Notes under the pieces: generated by a model
What the model was told of the DNA's origin: nothing
Databases searched by the model: none
The model's input: only the letters and a program-made list of their open reading frames with translations
Shown here: positions 17,817 through 28,856 of the stretch, piece by piece
Position numbering within the stretch: the stretch's first letter is position 1
Layout: each line of letters starts with the position of its first letter
Position numbers and translations under genes: made by a program
DNA from: Cyanobacteria bacterium J06626_4
GTDB taxonomy: Bacteria > Cyanobacteriota > Cyanobacteriia > Phormidesmidales > Phormidesmidaceae
Direction of reading: 5' to 3'
DNA length: 29,327 nucleotides
NCBI GenBank assembly: GCA_038523235.1
Contig: JBCBJQ010000071.1
Span: forward strand, 1 to 29,327

Positions 17817-18770
17817 ATGCCCCCTCTCCTCCAAGTCCGCGATCTTCGCAAGCACTTTCCCGTCGGCAAAGACGCTCAACTGCACGCCGTCGATCATGTT
17901 TCCTTTGAGATTCAGGCAGGAGAAAGCGTCGGCCTAGTGGGGGAATCCGGCTGCGGCAAGTCCACCTTGATCCGACTGATTACCCGACTGCTCGACGTTA
18001 CCGCTGGCACCATCCAATTCGACAACACCGTGCTGAGCACCGTGGCCGTGCGCCAGTTCCCGAAAAGTCCTTACCGCAAAGATATTCAGCTAGTTTTTCA
18101 AGATCCAACCGATAGCTTAAATCCTCGGTTTACGGCCTATGACACCATTACCGAACCGATCAAACGGCTGACCCATCAACGGGATAAAGCTCTACTGCAG
18201 CGGCGTGCTGTCGAACTCGCTGACCTCGTTGGCCTCCCGCAAGAGTTACTCAATCGCTTTCCTCACCAGCTATCGGGCGGTCAAAAAGCCCGAGTTGGCA
18301 TTGCCCGCGCGATCGCCCTCAATCCGCAACTGTTAGTGCTCGATGAACCCACCTCCGCCCTGGATGTTTCGGTGCAGGCTGTGATTTTGCACCTGCTGGC
18401 AGATCTGAAAGAACGGTTGGGCATGAGCTATCTGTTTGTCTCCCATGACCTCAACGTGGTGCGACTGTTGTGCGATCGCATCCTAGTCATGTATCTGGGC
18501 AAAATTGTCGAATCTGGCCCGGTCGAGCAAATCTTCAACCAGCCCCGCCATCCCTACACCGAAGCGCTGATCTCCGCGATTCCCAGCTTTGGAGCGAAGC
18601 CACAGCCCATTCCCCTCACAGGCGAACCCCGCAGCCCGATCAACCCCGACCCCAACGTTTGCCGTCTCTATGGCCGGTGTCCCAAAGAGGATGACCGGTG
18701 CCAGCAAACCATGCCGATACTAAAAGAAATCACCCCCAACCACTGGGCTGCCTGCCATTTCTCCCCGTGA
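17817..18770 (+). CDS. ABC transporter ATP-binding protein (DppF-like)
   Basis: [30 protein letters not shown]-terminal Cys cluster. Confidence 0.93.
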   Translation: MPPLLQVRDLRKHFPVGKDAQLHAVDHVSFEIQAGESVGLVGESGCGKSTLIRLITRLLDVTAGTIQFDNTVLSTVAVRQFPKSPYRKDIQLVFQDPTDSLNPRFTAYDTITEPIKRLTHQRDKALLQRRAVELADLVGLPQELLNRFPHQLSGGQKARVGIARAIALNPQLLVLDEPTSALDVSVQAVILHLLADLKERLGMSYLFVSHDLNVVRLLCDRILVMYLGKIVESGPVEQIFNQPRHPYTEALISAIPSFGAKPQPIPLTGEPRSPINPDPNVCRLYGRCPKEDDRCQQTMPILKEITPNHWAACHFSP

Positions 18771-18893
18771 CCGCCGCTAACCCAGCATCGCGACAGTTCT
18801 AGCCGCGATCGCAATTTTTCACTCCCCTGCCCCCTTGCCCCTCCACTTGCTCCCCTGCTCCTCCGCCCCCCAACTCCCTCAACCTCAACTGCC

Positions 18894-20117
18894 ATGACGT
18901 TAGAAACCTATGACCTAGTCTTAACCGGTGGACGAGTCATCGACCCCAGTCAGTCTTTGGATGGCCCTTATGACATCGCCATTCGAGCGGGAAAAATTGC
19001 TGCCGTCGCGACTGAGCTACCACCCCACACGGCAACAACCACCCAATCGGTAGCCGGACAACTCGTGTGTCCTGGATTGATCGACCTGCACGTGCATGTT
19101 TACGAATGGGTCACCGATTTTGGCCTGTGGGCCGATGATGTCGGCGTCAATGCAGGCGTTACCACCATCGTTGATCAAGGCAGCTGCGGCCCGCTGACCT
19201 TTTTGGGCTTTCAGGCCAACATCGTCCGCTCCGCCCAAACGGATGTGCGTTGTTTTCCGTCAGTAAATCTGGCTGGCGCATTGAAAGGCGGCATGGGCAC
19301 CCCCGCGCTACACAGCCCCGAAATGGTGGATTTAGCCGCGTTGGCCACGCTGGCCCGAGAATATCCCGAGATTGTGCGCGGCTTCAAGGTGCACGGTGAG
19401 TCCGGGGCACTCTCGCGCTGGGGCACGCAGGTACTTGAGTTGGCGCGACAGGCTGCCGATGCCGCCCAGTTGCCGCTCTACGTGCATACCGGCGAATTGT
19501 TTGCCGTGGTGGAAGAAAATCGTCCGCATCCCGATCAGGTAATCGATTACGTTTTGCCTCACCTCAAACCGGGTGATCTGCTGGCCCATTGCTATAGCTG
19601 TCGTCCAGACGGATTGATGGGCGATCGCCCCACGCCCTCACCGGCCCTGACTCAAGCGATCGCGGATGGCGTGCGACTCGATTTAGGTCACGGCATCAAC
19701 TTTAGTTTGGCGATCGCGCGCCGTTTGATTGATTTGGGACTGTTTCCCTACACCATTAGCAGTGATGTGCATGGTGATTTCACCCAGCCTCACAACGACG
19801 CCACTCTTGACTACAGTCTCTGTGGGGCGCTCTCTAAGCTGATGGCGTTGGGCATGGATCTGACGGCAGCGATCGCTGCCGTCACACTGCATCCAGCCAG
19901 GGTGCTACAGGCAGAAGCCGAAATCGGCACCCTGCAAATCGGCTCACGTGCCGATATCACGGTGTTAGAAACCAGCGCCGCCCCGTGGCTCTGCCGCGAT
20001 GCCCAGGGTGAACAACTGATTGCTCCGCAGCAGCTTAGTCCCACTTGGGTCGTTAAGTCAGGCCAATTGCTGCAGCCCCACCGCCGCCTGCTCCGCGACC
20101 TGGTCACAGCCAGTTAA
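18894..20117 (+). CDS. Amidohydrolase-superfamily metallohydrolase (dihydroorotase/deacetylase-like)
   Basis: PGLIDLHVH, GVTTIVDQG, FKVH, VHTG, AHCY, ISSDVH, IGTLQIGSRADI. Confidence 0.88.
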   Translation: MTLETYDLVLTGGRVIDPSQSLDGPYDIAIRAGKIAAVATELPPHTATTTQSVAGQLVCPGLIDLHVHVYEWVTDFGLWADDVGVNAGVTTIVDQGSCGPLTFLGFQANIVRSAQTDVRCFPSVNLAGALKGGMGTPALHSPEMVDLAALATLAREYPEIVRGFKVHGESGALSRWGTQVLELARQAADAAQLPLYVHTGELFAVVEENRPHPDQVIDYVLPHLKPGDLLAHCYSCRPDGLMGDRPTPSPALTQAIADGVRLDLGHGINFSLAIARRLIDLGLFPYTISSDVHGDFTQPHNDATLDYSLCGALSKLMALGMDLTAAIAAVTLHPARVLQAEAEIGTLQIGSRADITVLETSAAPWLCRDAQGEQLIAPQQLSPTWVVKSGQLLQPHRRLLRDLVTAS

Positions 20118-20372
20118 ATGTACTGCAACTTCGTGTTGAGGGCGAGACTATCCACGGCCGTCATTGCCTGGCTGGATACCATCAATTTCGATTAATAGAC
20201 TTCCAAAAAATGCTGAGTGATCGCGGCATTTGTGTTCACGACGATGTGGAAGACTTTGAGCAGGATACTCAGCACCTGCGCGATCAGGGCTGGTGATTAT
20301 TGTCGTTAGCAATCAGGGTCTGAGGTTGCCGCCACAGGATGATTTCACTGTTAGAGGCTCTTCTCATCCCTT

Positions 20373-21299
20373 CTACAGGGCTACGGAAGATAAAAACGGT
20401 CTGATTGCCTCTGCCACAGCATCTCCATATTCCTCTGCTTGGCCTAAGGTGCCGGGTAAACGGATGGACTGCACCTCAGGCAGAGCCGCGATCGCTTCCA
20501 TTTCTGCTTTGGAAGCGGGGGGAGCCTGCTCCGCCGCCACGACCATCACCGGACAAGAGAGCGACTTGATGGATTGCAGAAATGCTTCGCGGCTTGTCAC
20601 CGGGTCAAGCCCGCCGGTGACAAAAGCGGCCGGGGCATAGCGGGCTCCGGGCTGCTGGGTGCTCTGGTGGCGCTGCTGAATGTAGTCAGGCGTCAGGCGC
20701 TGCTCATCGACAAAAACGTGGCGACGATACATCCACTTGAGAAAGGCCGGGTGGGTATTGAGACCATAAAGGGCCTGCCCCAGCAGCGGCGTTCTCACCA
20801 ATTCCTTGACGCCGGATCGCATGCTTGGCGGTGCCCCCATTACAGCCAGCGGCCCGCGCCAAGTGGGGGCCACCAGTACGAGTTTCGAACAGATTGTGGA
20901 GTGATGAACAGCTAAATTCAGCGCATAGCCCGCAGCATGGCCTGCCGCCACAATCGCGATCGGCGTCTCAAAGGTCGCGGTCACAAAGTCCTGCAAAAAC
21001 TGGGTGTATAGCGCTGGACCATAATCCAGGGGCAGGCGATCGGATTCCCCAAAGCCGGGCCAGTCAAGAGCGGTGATTTGAAACTGAGGCCCTAACCCTG
21101 CCGCCAGGTCCTTCAGTTCCGCCCGATTTGAGACCGTGCTAAAGGCCGGTAGCAGCAGCACCGGCTCGCCCTCACCCACCGTTTCGTAAGTCACCGTCAG
21201 AGACTGCCCCTGCCATTGCCAGTCATAGGTTTGGGCGATGCCGCCGAGCTGAGATTGCCGAGGAGATAGGGTGAGATCGCGCTCTACTGTTCTGGCCAT
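20373..21299 (-). CDS. Alpha/beta fold hydrolase-like protein without the canonical GxSxG
   Basis: PVLLLPAFSTVS, LDWPGFGES; VAAGHAAG at the nucleophile elbow. Overlaps the upstream ORF. Confidence 0.85.
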   Translation of the reverse strand: MARTVERDLTLSPRQSQLGGIAQTYDWQWQGQSLTVTYETVGEGEPVLLLPAFSTVSNRAELKDLAAGLGPQFQITALDWPGFGESDRLPLDYGPALYTQFLQDFVTATFETPIAIVAAGHAAGYALNLAVHHSTICSKLVLVAPTWRGPLAVMGAPPSMRSGVKELVRTPLLGQALYGLNTHPAFLKWMYRRHVFVDEQRLTPDYIQQRHQSTQQPGARYAPAAFVTGGLDPVTSREAFLQSIKSLSCPVMVVAAEQAPPASKAEMEAIAALPEVQSIRLPGTLGQAEEYGDAVAEAIRPFLSSVAL

Positions 21300-21691
21300 A
21301 CTGCTCCCTTTTTGCTGGTAGCGTTATCCGTTGCTTCTAAGAGTAGAAAATCCCGGTCGTTGATCAAGACTTTCTGAAACGAACACGCTTCCCATTGTCC
21401 CTGTAATGCGGTTTGTTTGGCGAGGCGCTGGTAAACCTGGCCCGGCAGTAGACCCAAGTAAGAATAAGGCCAGTTAGCCGCAGTAGCGGCCCGATTGCCC
21501 AAAAACCAACCGCCCGGCTGAATTACCACGGCCGGATGGGGGCGGCTCATGATCCAGGCTTTGGCAGCTGCCTTGAGGCAGGACTGCAAATCGCTGGAGT
21601 TCCATACAGCCCCGCTCAAATGCCGGAGCTGATACGTCCCATCCGACAAAGGCAGAATGCAACACTCCAGGAAATTCATGGCATCGTTCAT
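21284..21691 (-). CDS. Hypothetical protein in the hemB operon
   Basis: ATG 3 bp after the hemB stop; end overlaps the hydrolase start. Confidence 0.6.
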   Translation of the reverse strand: MNDAMNFLECCILPLSDGTYQLRHLSGAVWNSSDLQSCLKAAAKAWIMSRPHPAVVIQPGGWFLGNRAATAANWPYSYLGLLPGQVYQRLAKQTALQGQWEACSFQKVLINDRDFLLLEATDNATSKKGAVWPEQ

Positions 21692-21694
21692 CGC

Positions 21695-22773
<1,079 letters not shown>

Positions 22774-22784
22774 AATTTACTGCA

Positions 22785-23186
22785 ATGAAGACCAAACTTA
22801 CCCGAGGTCAGCAGTGGGTGTATGAACTGCTGAACAGCACATCAACGGAAATCACAGCGCAGGATATCTTTGCTCAGTTACAGAGCGAGGGGCGATCGCT
22901 AGGTCTGGCAACGGTATATCGAGCGATTAAGGCATTGCAGTTGCAGGGGCTGATACAGGCGCGATCGCTCACCAACGGTGAATGGGTCTATCGGCTCGCC
23001 TCGGAAGATTGCCACTACCTGACCTGTTTGAACTGTGGGCGATCGGTGCCGGTAGAGGAGTGTCCGGCCCATGGCCTGCAACAAAAGCTGGAGGAGAAGC
23101 AGCGTTTTACGGTCTTCTATCATACCCTGGAGTTCTTTGGCCTCTGTGAGCCCTGTGGCGAAACCCTGGATGCTGGAACGGTTTGA
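22785..23186 (+). CDS. zur: Fur-family regulator of the cyanobacterial Zur/FurB type
   Basis: GLATVYR, two CxxC motifs (CLNC, CEPC), CPAH, YHTLEFFGLC. DCHY where DxHH is usual. Confidence 0.8.
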   Translation: MKTKLTRGQQWVYELLNSTSTEITAQDIFAQLQSEGRSLGLATVYRAIKALQLQGLIQARSLTNGEWVYRLASEDCHYLTCLNCGRSVPVEECPAHGLQQKLEEKQRFTVFYHTLEFFGLCEPCGETLDAGTV

Positions 23187-23370
23187 TGGCACCGTCATCG
23201 GTTCGTTAACCCTTTAGATCAGTGATGAAGAGAGCCTTTGCACTCGCTCGTATCAGTCTTTAATTTCATGCATTGGAGAAAGAACGCAATTCGCCTGACT
23301 TCTCAATATCATCTCTGCCAGTAGGAGCATGACATACAGTGCCCCTACTACCAGACTTCACCGGTCAGGA

Positions 23371-24147
23371 CTAATCGCTGTAGACCAATCGGGTAGCTGC
23401 TCGCTGTTCAAACAACAGATATTCTTCCATGATGCTCCAGAAAAAGGCCCGCAGAGTTTTGCGACGGGTGGCGGCAGGGAGCTGATAGTCAAAGGGGGAG
23501 TCGCAGGGTTTGAGTTTCGCCAGGTGATTTTCGCAGGCACAGCCATGTTCAATAAAGTAGCCGTGACGACTGGAAACGCTGTCGATCAATCGACGTAGCA
23601 TGGATACATAACCGCCATGCAAAATGGCATCAAACTGCCGGGCCACGCCGAGATCTTGTTCACTAAATCGGAAAGAACGCAGTTCAAACACATCATCGCG
23701 CTGCAGCGGATGTAAAAACGTCCAATAAAATGTCGCCGGTACGTCGTAACCGAGTTCATCAAACAGGTCACTGACGGTATCGACTAGGGCCATGCGCTCT
23801 TGAGTTTGGTGACCACTCACCTGTTGACGAATGTCTTCAAAATCAGGGTAGTGCTCAGGCAGAAAGGCATTCCCGTAATGCTCCACAGCTTCATAGGCCA
23901 GTTGGCCATTGCCTTCACAGTAGGCGGCTTTGAGATGGGCTGCTTGGGGGCGATCGCAAAACAGCACCTGGCCCTGCTGGTGCTTGGCCAAAAACACCTG
24001 GGCCATGGCGGTGTACATCTTCGGCTCACTCATCCAGTCCCCGGTCACGATACGTTGCCAACTAGCGGGCATCGTCGCCAGAGGGACGGCGGGTTCACCT
24101 TCAATTGTGGTCAGCGTTTGCCCTGAGGCAGTTGGGGCGAAAACCAT
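23371..24147 (-). CDS. Hypothetical protein with EHGCACENH motif
   Basis: 258-aa frame, RBS AGGAG upstream; no family recognised. Confidence 0.75.
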   Translation of the reverse strand: MVFAPTASGQTLTTIEGEPAVPLATMPASWQRIVTGDWMSEPKMYTAMAQVFLAKHQQGQVLFCDRPQAAHLKAAYCEGNGQLAYEAVEHYGNAFLPEHYPDFEDIRQQVSGHQTQERMALVDTVSDLFDELGYDVPATFYWTFLHPLQRDDVFELRSFRFSEQDLGVARQFDAILHGGYVSMLRRLIDSVSSRHGYFIEHGCACENHLAKLKPCDSPFDYQLPAATRRKTLRAFFWSIMEEYLLFEQRAATRLVYSD

Positions 24148-24839
24148 AGAATGTGTTCTCCTGAGAGGTAGATGTTGTTATTTACCAATGAGGTGAAGAA
24201 ATACCTCATTAGTCGCCGAAGATATAACAAATTCCACGTTGAAAACCCTTAACTTAATGTGAAGTCCTCCTAATTCACCACAACAACGATGTTTACCCTA
24301 AAAGGGCTTCAGGAGATTTTGTTGGGGTAACAAGTAACTGGACTCGGTGTCGCTTATTTTGAAAAGGACATCCTCTCAAAAGACCATTTCTAAAAGTTTC
24401 CTTGCTTTAAGCGTGTCATAATCCACTCTCTATTTAGCGCGATCGCATCGACTCCCAGGCTCACCACGAGTTTGTTGCCATCAGAAGCCAGATTCTCAAT
24501 CAAATCCCTGCAATGCGAGATTGCTAAAACGTTTGGGGGAGTTGAGGGCAGATGCTAACTCTCCCTAATTCATCAAGCTCTTGTCATAGCAGACATCAAC
24601 TGCAACACAGCCCTTCAGTTTGTATTGCCGCTTTGTGAGGTCTAAGCTGCTATCAATGCGGACTAGATTGAGTACTCGGCGGTTCTAAATATTCGGGTTC
24701 TGTGAGTTGGAAAAGCTGGCGGACAGTACTTTCTTCAAAGCAGGGAATTTCCTTCACGCAGGACATCTCCGGCTACCAGTGACAGTCGAGGAACCGCGCC
24801 GCTTGCGATCGCACTCAATTCTCTAGTGCCATGATAAAT

Positions 24840-24859
24840 TGAGAATGATAATCATTCTG
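24840..24859. promoter_or_regulatory. Zur-type box 5
   Basis: TGAGAATGATAATCATTCTG with the same AGAATGATAATCATTCT core, 14 bp upstream of the thrS ATG. Confidence 0.85.
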
Positions 24860-24873
24860 ATTTTGGGTTGGTC

Positions 24874-26742
24874 ATGGTCAGTCAAGTCTCCCGTCCGCAG
24901 TCTGCAAACGACTCAACGGCTAATGATGCAGAGCAGCTCGCGCGGCTGCGCCATACCTGTGCTCATGTGTTGGCCATGGCAGTGCAAACCCTGTTCCCAG
25001 AGACGAAAGTCACCATTGGCCCCTGTACCGATACGGGGTTTTACTACGACTTTGACCGGGCAGAACCCTTTACACCTGAGGAGCTCAAGCAGATCACCGC
25101 AAAAATGCGGCGGATCATTGGGCAAAATCTACCGATCATTCGCGAAACCGTGGCACGCGATGACATTCGGGCTGAGATTGAGCAGCTGAACGAGCCCTAC
25201 AAGCTGGAAATTCTCGCCAGCATCCCCGCCGATGAGACGATTACCCGCTACTACATTGGCTGCCCTGACTCGCTGCCTGTTACCGCAGAGCCATCTCTGT
25301 TCAATCCGCCCCCGGCCAATACCCCGAGCCCGGCCACTCGTTGCTGGTGGGATTTGTGTGCGGGTCCTCACCTGAGCCGCACGGGTGAACTGCACCCCAA
25401 AGCCTTTGCGCTAGAGAGTGTGGCAGGTGCCTACTGGCGGGGCGACGAAACTCAGCCGCAGCTCCAGCGCATTTACGGCACTGCGTGGGAAACGCCAGAA
25501 CAACTCAAAGCTTACCTGACGCAAAAAGAGGAAGCCAAACGCCGCGACCATCGCAAACTGGGGCAGACACTGAATCTGTTCAGCATTCAAGAGGCGGCTG
25601 GGGGCGGGCTGGTATTCTGGCATCCCAAGGGAGCCCGCATGCGCCTGTTGATCGAAGATTACTGGCGTCAGGCTCACCTGCAAGGGGGATATGAGCTGCT
25701 ATACACCCCCCACATTGCCAATCGCGACCTCTGGCAAACCTCCGGGCACCTCGACTTTTATCAGGAGAACATGTTTGAGCAGATCGCTGTGGAAACACAA
25801 CAGTATCAGCTCAAACCAATGAACTGTCCTTTCCACGTGCTGACCTATCAGCATCAGCTCCATTCTTATCGGGAGTTACCGATTCGCTGGGCGGAACTGG
25901 GCACGGTGTATCGTTACGAGCGCTCCGGGGTGCTCCACGGATTGATGCGGGTGCGCGGCTTTACCCAGGATGATGCGCACATTTTCTGTTTGCCCGATCA
26001 GGTAACCGAGGAGATTTTAGGGGTACTGAACCTGACGGAACAGATTTTGTCGGACTTTGGCTTTACCGACTATGAGGTGAATCTTTCGACCCGTCCGGCC
26101 AAGTCTGTAGGCAGTGACGACATTTGGGAATTGGCGACCTCGGCGTTGAAAAAAGCGCTGGATATCAAAGAGTGGGCCTACGTGGCTGATGAGGGGGGCG
26201 GTGCCTTCTACGGCCCCAAAATCGATATCAAGATCAAGGATGCGATTGGTCGGCTCTGGCAGTGCTCCACCATTCAGGTGGACTTTAACCTGCCGGAGCG
26301 ATTTGATCTGAACTACGTGGCAGCGGATGGCTCCCGGCAGCGGCCAATTATGATTCACCGGGCCATTTTTGGCTCTTTGGAACGCTTCTTCGGCATCCTG
26401 GTGGAAAACTATGCGGGGATTTTTCCCCTGTGGCTGGCTCCGGTACAGGTGCGACTGTTGCCTGTCAGCGATGCCCAGCGCGACTACGCCAATCAGGTGG
26501 CCCAGACCTTGCAACAAGCAGGGTTTCGGGTAGAGGTCGACACCAGCGGAGAACGTCTGGGTAAGCAAATTCGCACCGCAGAATTAGAGAAGATTCCGGT
26601 GATTTCTGTGATCGGTCAGCGAGAAATGGATGCTCAGACCTTAGGTGTTCGCACCCGTCAGAGTGGGGACTTGGGGGCGCTGACGGTGCCAGAGGTCGTC
26701 GAGAAGTTGAAAGATGCGATCACGCAAAAGACTCTCTGTTAG
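24874..26742 (+). CDS. thrS: Threonyl-tRNA synthetase, probably the Zur-regulated thrS2 paralogue
   Basis: RHTCAH, DLCAGPH, RDHRKLG, KPMNCP, RVRGFTQDDAHIFC, MIHRA. Pro-rich insertion in the editing domain. Zur box upstream. Confidence 0.95.
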   Translation: MVSQVSRPQSANDSTANDAEQLARLRHTCAHVLAMAVQTLFPETKVTIGPCTDTGFYYDFDRAEPFTPEELKQITAKMRRIIGQNLPIIRETVARDDIRAEIEQLNEPYKLEILASIPADETITRYYIGCPDSLPVTAEPSLFNPPPANTPSPATRCWWDLCAGPHLSRTGELHPKAFALESVAGAYWRGDETQPQLQRIYGTAWETPEQLKAYLTQKEEAKRRDHRKLGQTLNLFSIQEAAGGGLVFWHPKGARMRLLIEDYWRQAHLQGGYELLYTPHIANRDLWQTSGHLDFYQENMFEQIAVETQQYQLKPMNCPFHVLTYQHQLHSYRELPIRWAELGTVYRYERSGVLHGLMRVRGFTQDDAHIFCLPDQVTEEILGVLNLTEQILSDFGFTDYEVNLSTRPAKSVGSDDIWELATSALKKALDIKEWAYVADEGGGAFYGPKIDIKIKDAIGRLWQCSTIQVDFNLPERFDLNYVAADGSRQRPIMIHRAIFGSLERFFGILVENYAGIFPLWLAPVQVRLLPVSDAQRDYANQVAQTLQQAGFRVEVDTSGERLGKQIRTAELEKIPVISVIGQREMDAQTLGVRTRQSGDLGALTVPEVVEKLKDAITQKTLC

Positions 26743-26948
26743 TCGTTATTGGCGATTTCTAGAGGCTGTCATCATTTAGAGCCTGAATCCTGATGCTGAA
26801 AGCGGTTCAGCCCCTAGCTAGTTTTACAGAGCGGGCGGGGTAATGCTTACACTGCAAGGCTATCGAGTTTGATTAATGACGCGCCCTAGAAAGTCAACGT
26901 GAACGGGTGAGATTTCACAAAGCTGTTCAAGCAATGAGGTAAACGTCC

Positions 26949-27140
26949 ATGCCGACCATCCAGCATTACGCCACCAATTATCTAGAAAACGTCAAAGTGA
27001 CGCTGATTGCTCCGAGCCAAACGCTAGCGTCATCGGCGGTGGAATATTGCATTTCCAGTGGATATGTCAAAATCATGCCCGCTGATGGCCGCACCTTGAT
27101 TACCCACATCAGCAACGTCGTCATTGAGGTGGAGTCGTAA
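26949..27140 (+). CDS. Small hypothetical protein (63 aa)
   Basis: RBS GAGG about 9 nt upstream of the ATG; protein-like beta-rich composition. Confidence 0.65.
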   Translation: MPTIQHYATNYLENVKVTLIAPSQTLASSAVEYCISSGYVKIMPADGRTLITHISNVVIEVES

Positions 27141-27209
27141 CGCCCTGGATTAAGGGTTGCCCGATTCTGCAAGACGGTCCCTCATGATTCCTGCACCTTC
27201 GGTTCCGTT

Positions 27210-27467
27210 ATGAATCTCTTTTCTCAGTCTCGCCCCAAGTCCAATCCAGCCGCTTTGCAACAGCTCAAGACCTGGATCTATGATCTTCTGCAACTCGATC
27301 CAGAGGTGTCGATCTCGGTGAGTCAGCTGCAGTGCAAAGAGCCTGGTTGCCCGCCAATTGAAACTGTCATCAACATTTTGAGCCAGCCAGTCCAGCAGTA
27401 CAAAATCCACAAAGCGTTGGATGACATTGAGCAGATTGATGTCATTCGCCTATTTCAAACTGAGTAA
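27210..27467 (+). CDS. Small protein with CxEPGCPPxET motif, putative metal-binding
   Basis: QLQCKEPGCPPIETVI; 5 bp from the next gene. Confidence 0.75.
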   Translation: MNLFSQSRPKSNPAALQQLKTWIYDLLQLDPEVSISVSQLQCKEPGCPPIETVINILSQPVQQYKIHKALDDIEQIDVIRLFQTE

Positions 27468-27472
27468 ATTCC

Positions 27473-27859
27473 ATGTCTCAGCACACTTTGTTTGTGTGCA
27501 CTTCCTGCACCTTTGCCACTGGTCAACGGGAACACCAGGGCCAGCGAGGAGGATATCACTTGTGGCAAAGTTTGTTGAAATGTCAGCAACAAGGGCAGCT
27601 ACCGCCGCCTGTTAAGGTTCAACCGGTGGAGTGCCTCAGTGCCTGCAATCGATTCTGTGCGATCGCGATCGCCTCTCCCGCAAAGACGACCCTGATGTTT
27701 GGCGATTTGCCTGCTCTCGACAGCGCAACTGCCATTGTTCAGTTAGCGGCCCAATATGCGGCCAGCGGCGATGGAGTAATTTCTCGTAGAGACCGTCCGG
27801 CCCTATTGCAGAAGGGAATCCTTGCTCGTATTCCGCCCGTGCTGCCGGCCCAACCCTGA
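27473..27859 (+). CDS. DUF1636-like thioredoxin-fold metal-binding protein
   Basis: LFVCTSC, VECLSACNRFC, FGDL, ILARIPP. Confidence 0.8.
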   Translation: MSQHTLFVCTSCTFATGQREHQGQRGGYHLWQSLLKCQQQGQLPPPVKVQPVECLSACNRFCAIAIASPAKTTLMFGDLPALDSATAIVQLAAQYAASGDGVISRRDRPALLQKGILARIPPVLPAQP

Positions 27860-27926
27860 GCCGTTGCAAGCAGGCTTCTACCCGTCTTGTTCGAATTTCA
27901 TGACTTTCTGATGGGAGAACAACATC

Positions 27927-28709
27927 ATGGCTCCGCTGCTCATTCTGGCTCACGTTGAAGCGGCCAACCGACTAACGACTCTACTGAACGGTCAGCTGAC
28001 GGCAACGACGATCGCAGCGGGCATGGCGATCGCCTATGCTTTCGGTGCGGTGCATGCCCTTTCCCCCGGTCATGGCAAAACCCTGGTGGGCGCTTATCTG
28101 GTGGGTAGTCGAGGCACACCGCAGGCCGCTCTCTGGCTGGGGCTAACCACCACGGTGACGCATACCTTGACGGTTTTCATCTTGGGAGTCGCCACTCTGC
28201 TGGCTTCCCATTACATCGATCTCGACCGGATTTATCCGATCTTGGGAGCCGTTAGCGGATTGGCGATTTGTCTAGTGGGGCTACGCTTGTTGGTCCTGCG
28301 CTTGCGGGATGGACATCACCATCACCACCACCACTCCGGCGATCATCACCATCACCCCGATCATCACCATCACGCTCATCATCACCATGACGACCCACCG
28401 AGGGTAGACTGGTCATCGATTTTGGCCATTGGCATTTCGGGTGGGTTGGTACCCTGTCCATCGGCCCTGGTTTTGCTGCTGAGCGCGATCGCGCTCCACC
28501 AAATCGCCTATGGGTTAGTGCTGATAGGCGGCTTTAGTCTGGGCCTGGCATCGGTACTTACGACTCTGGGATTAGCTGCGGTTTATGGACAACAGTGGCT
28601 GGAAAAATCTCCTTTGGGAGCTGGAGTGATGCAGCGGCTTTCAGTGGTTAGCGCTTTGGCAACAGTCTGCATCGGCTTGGGTCTGACCACAGTGGCGGTG
28701 ATGGGATAA
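27927..28709 (+). CDS. His-rich Ni/Co transporter (RcnA/NiCoT-like)
   Basis: HALSPGHGK, THT, loop with 19 His, GGLVPCPSA, about 6 TM helices. Confidence 0.88.
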   Translation: MAPLLILAHVEAANRLTTLLNGQLTATTIAAGMAIAYAFGAVHALSPGHGKTLVGAYLVGSRGTPQAALWLGLTTTVTHTLTVFILGVATLLASHYIDLDRIYPILGAVSGLAICLVGLRLLVLRLRDGHHHHHHHSGDHHHHPDHHHHAHHHHDDPPRVDWSSILAIGISGGLVPCPSALVLLLSAIALHQIAYGLVLIGGFSLGLASVLTTLGLAAVYGQQWLEKSPLGAGVMQRLSVVSALATVCIGLGLTTVAVMG

Positions 28710-28757
28710 GGCATAGGGATAAACCAGGCGCTAGCATCCTGAATCTTGCGCTTGTCA

Positions 28758-28856
28758 TCTGAACGTTCAAGCTCACCTGCATGCGGCGTAGGGCCAAGAC
28801 TTGCTGCGCAAGACGCAGGATCGAAGGTGCATGTCAGGTGCAGGGTAGCGTTAGCC
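28758..28856 (-). mobile_element. Integron cassette attC recombination site (99 bp)
   Basis: Minus strand GGCTAAC-gctacc-CTGCACCTGACATGC...GCATGCAGGTGAG-cttgaac-GTTCAGA. The gene's stop codon lies inside the R'' box. Two unpaired bases on the R'' arm. Confidence 0.8.

Noticed and set aside
13620..18893. CRISPR array
   Set aside because: The repeats are degenerate 7-9-mers with no constant repeat-spacer period, and there are no cas genes.
18894..20117. Zur-regulated pyrC back-up paralogue
   Set aside because: It is the last gene of the ABC operon, has no Zur box, and looks like the deacetylase-like subgroup.
24420..24830. Cobalamin riboswitch or T-box upstream of thrS
   Set aside because: B12-box and T-box consensus motifs were not found. 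The short CGGCGGTTC/GAACCGCGCCG complementarity is insufficient.
28313..28390. CAT/CAC trinucleotide repeat as a separate element
   Set aside because: It encodes the transporter's His-rich loop.
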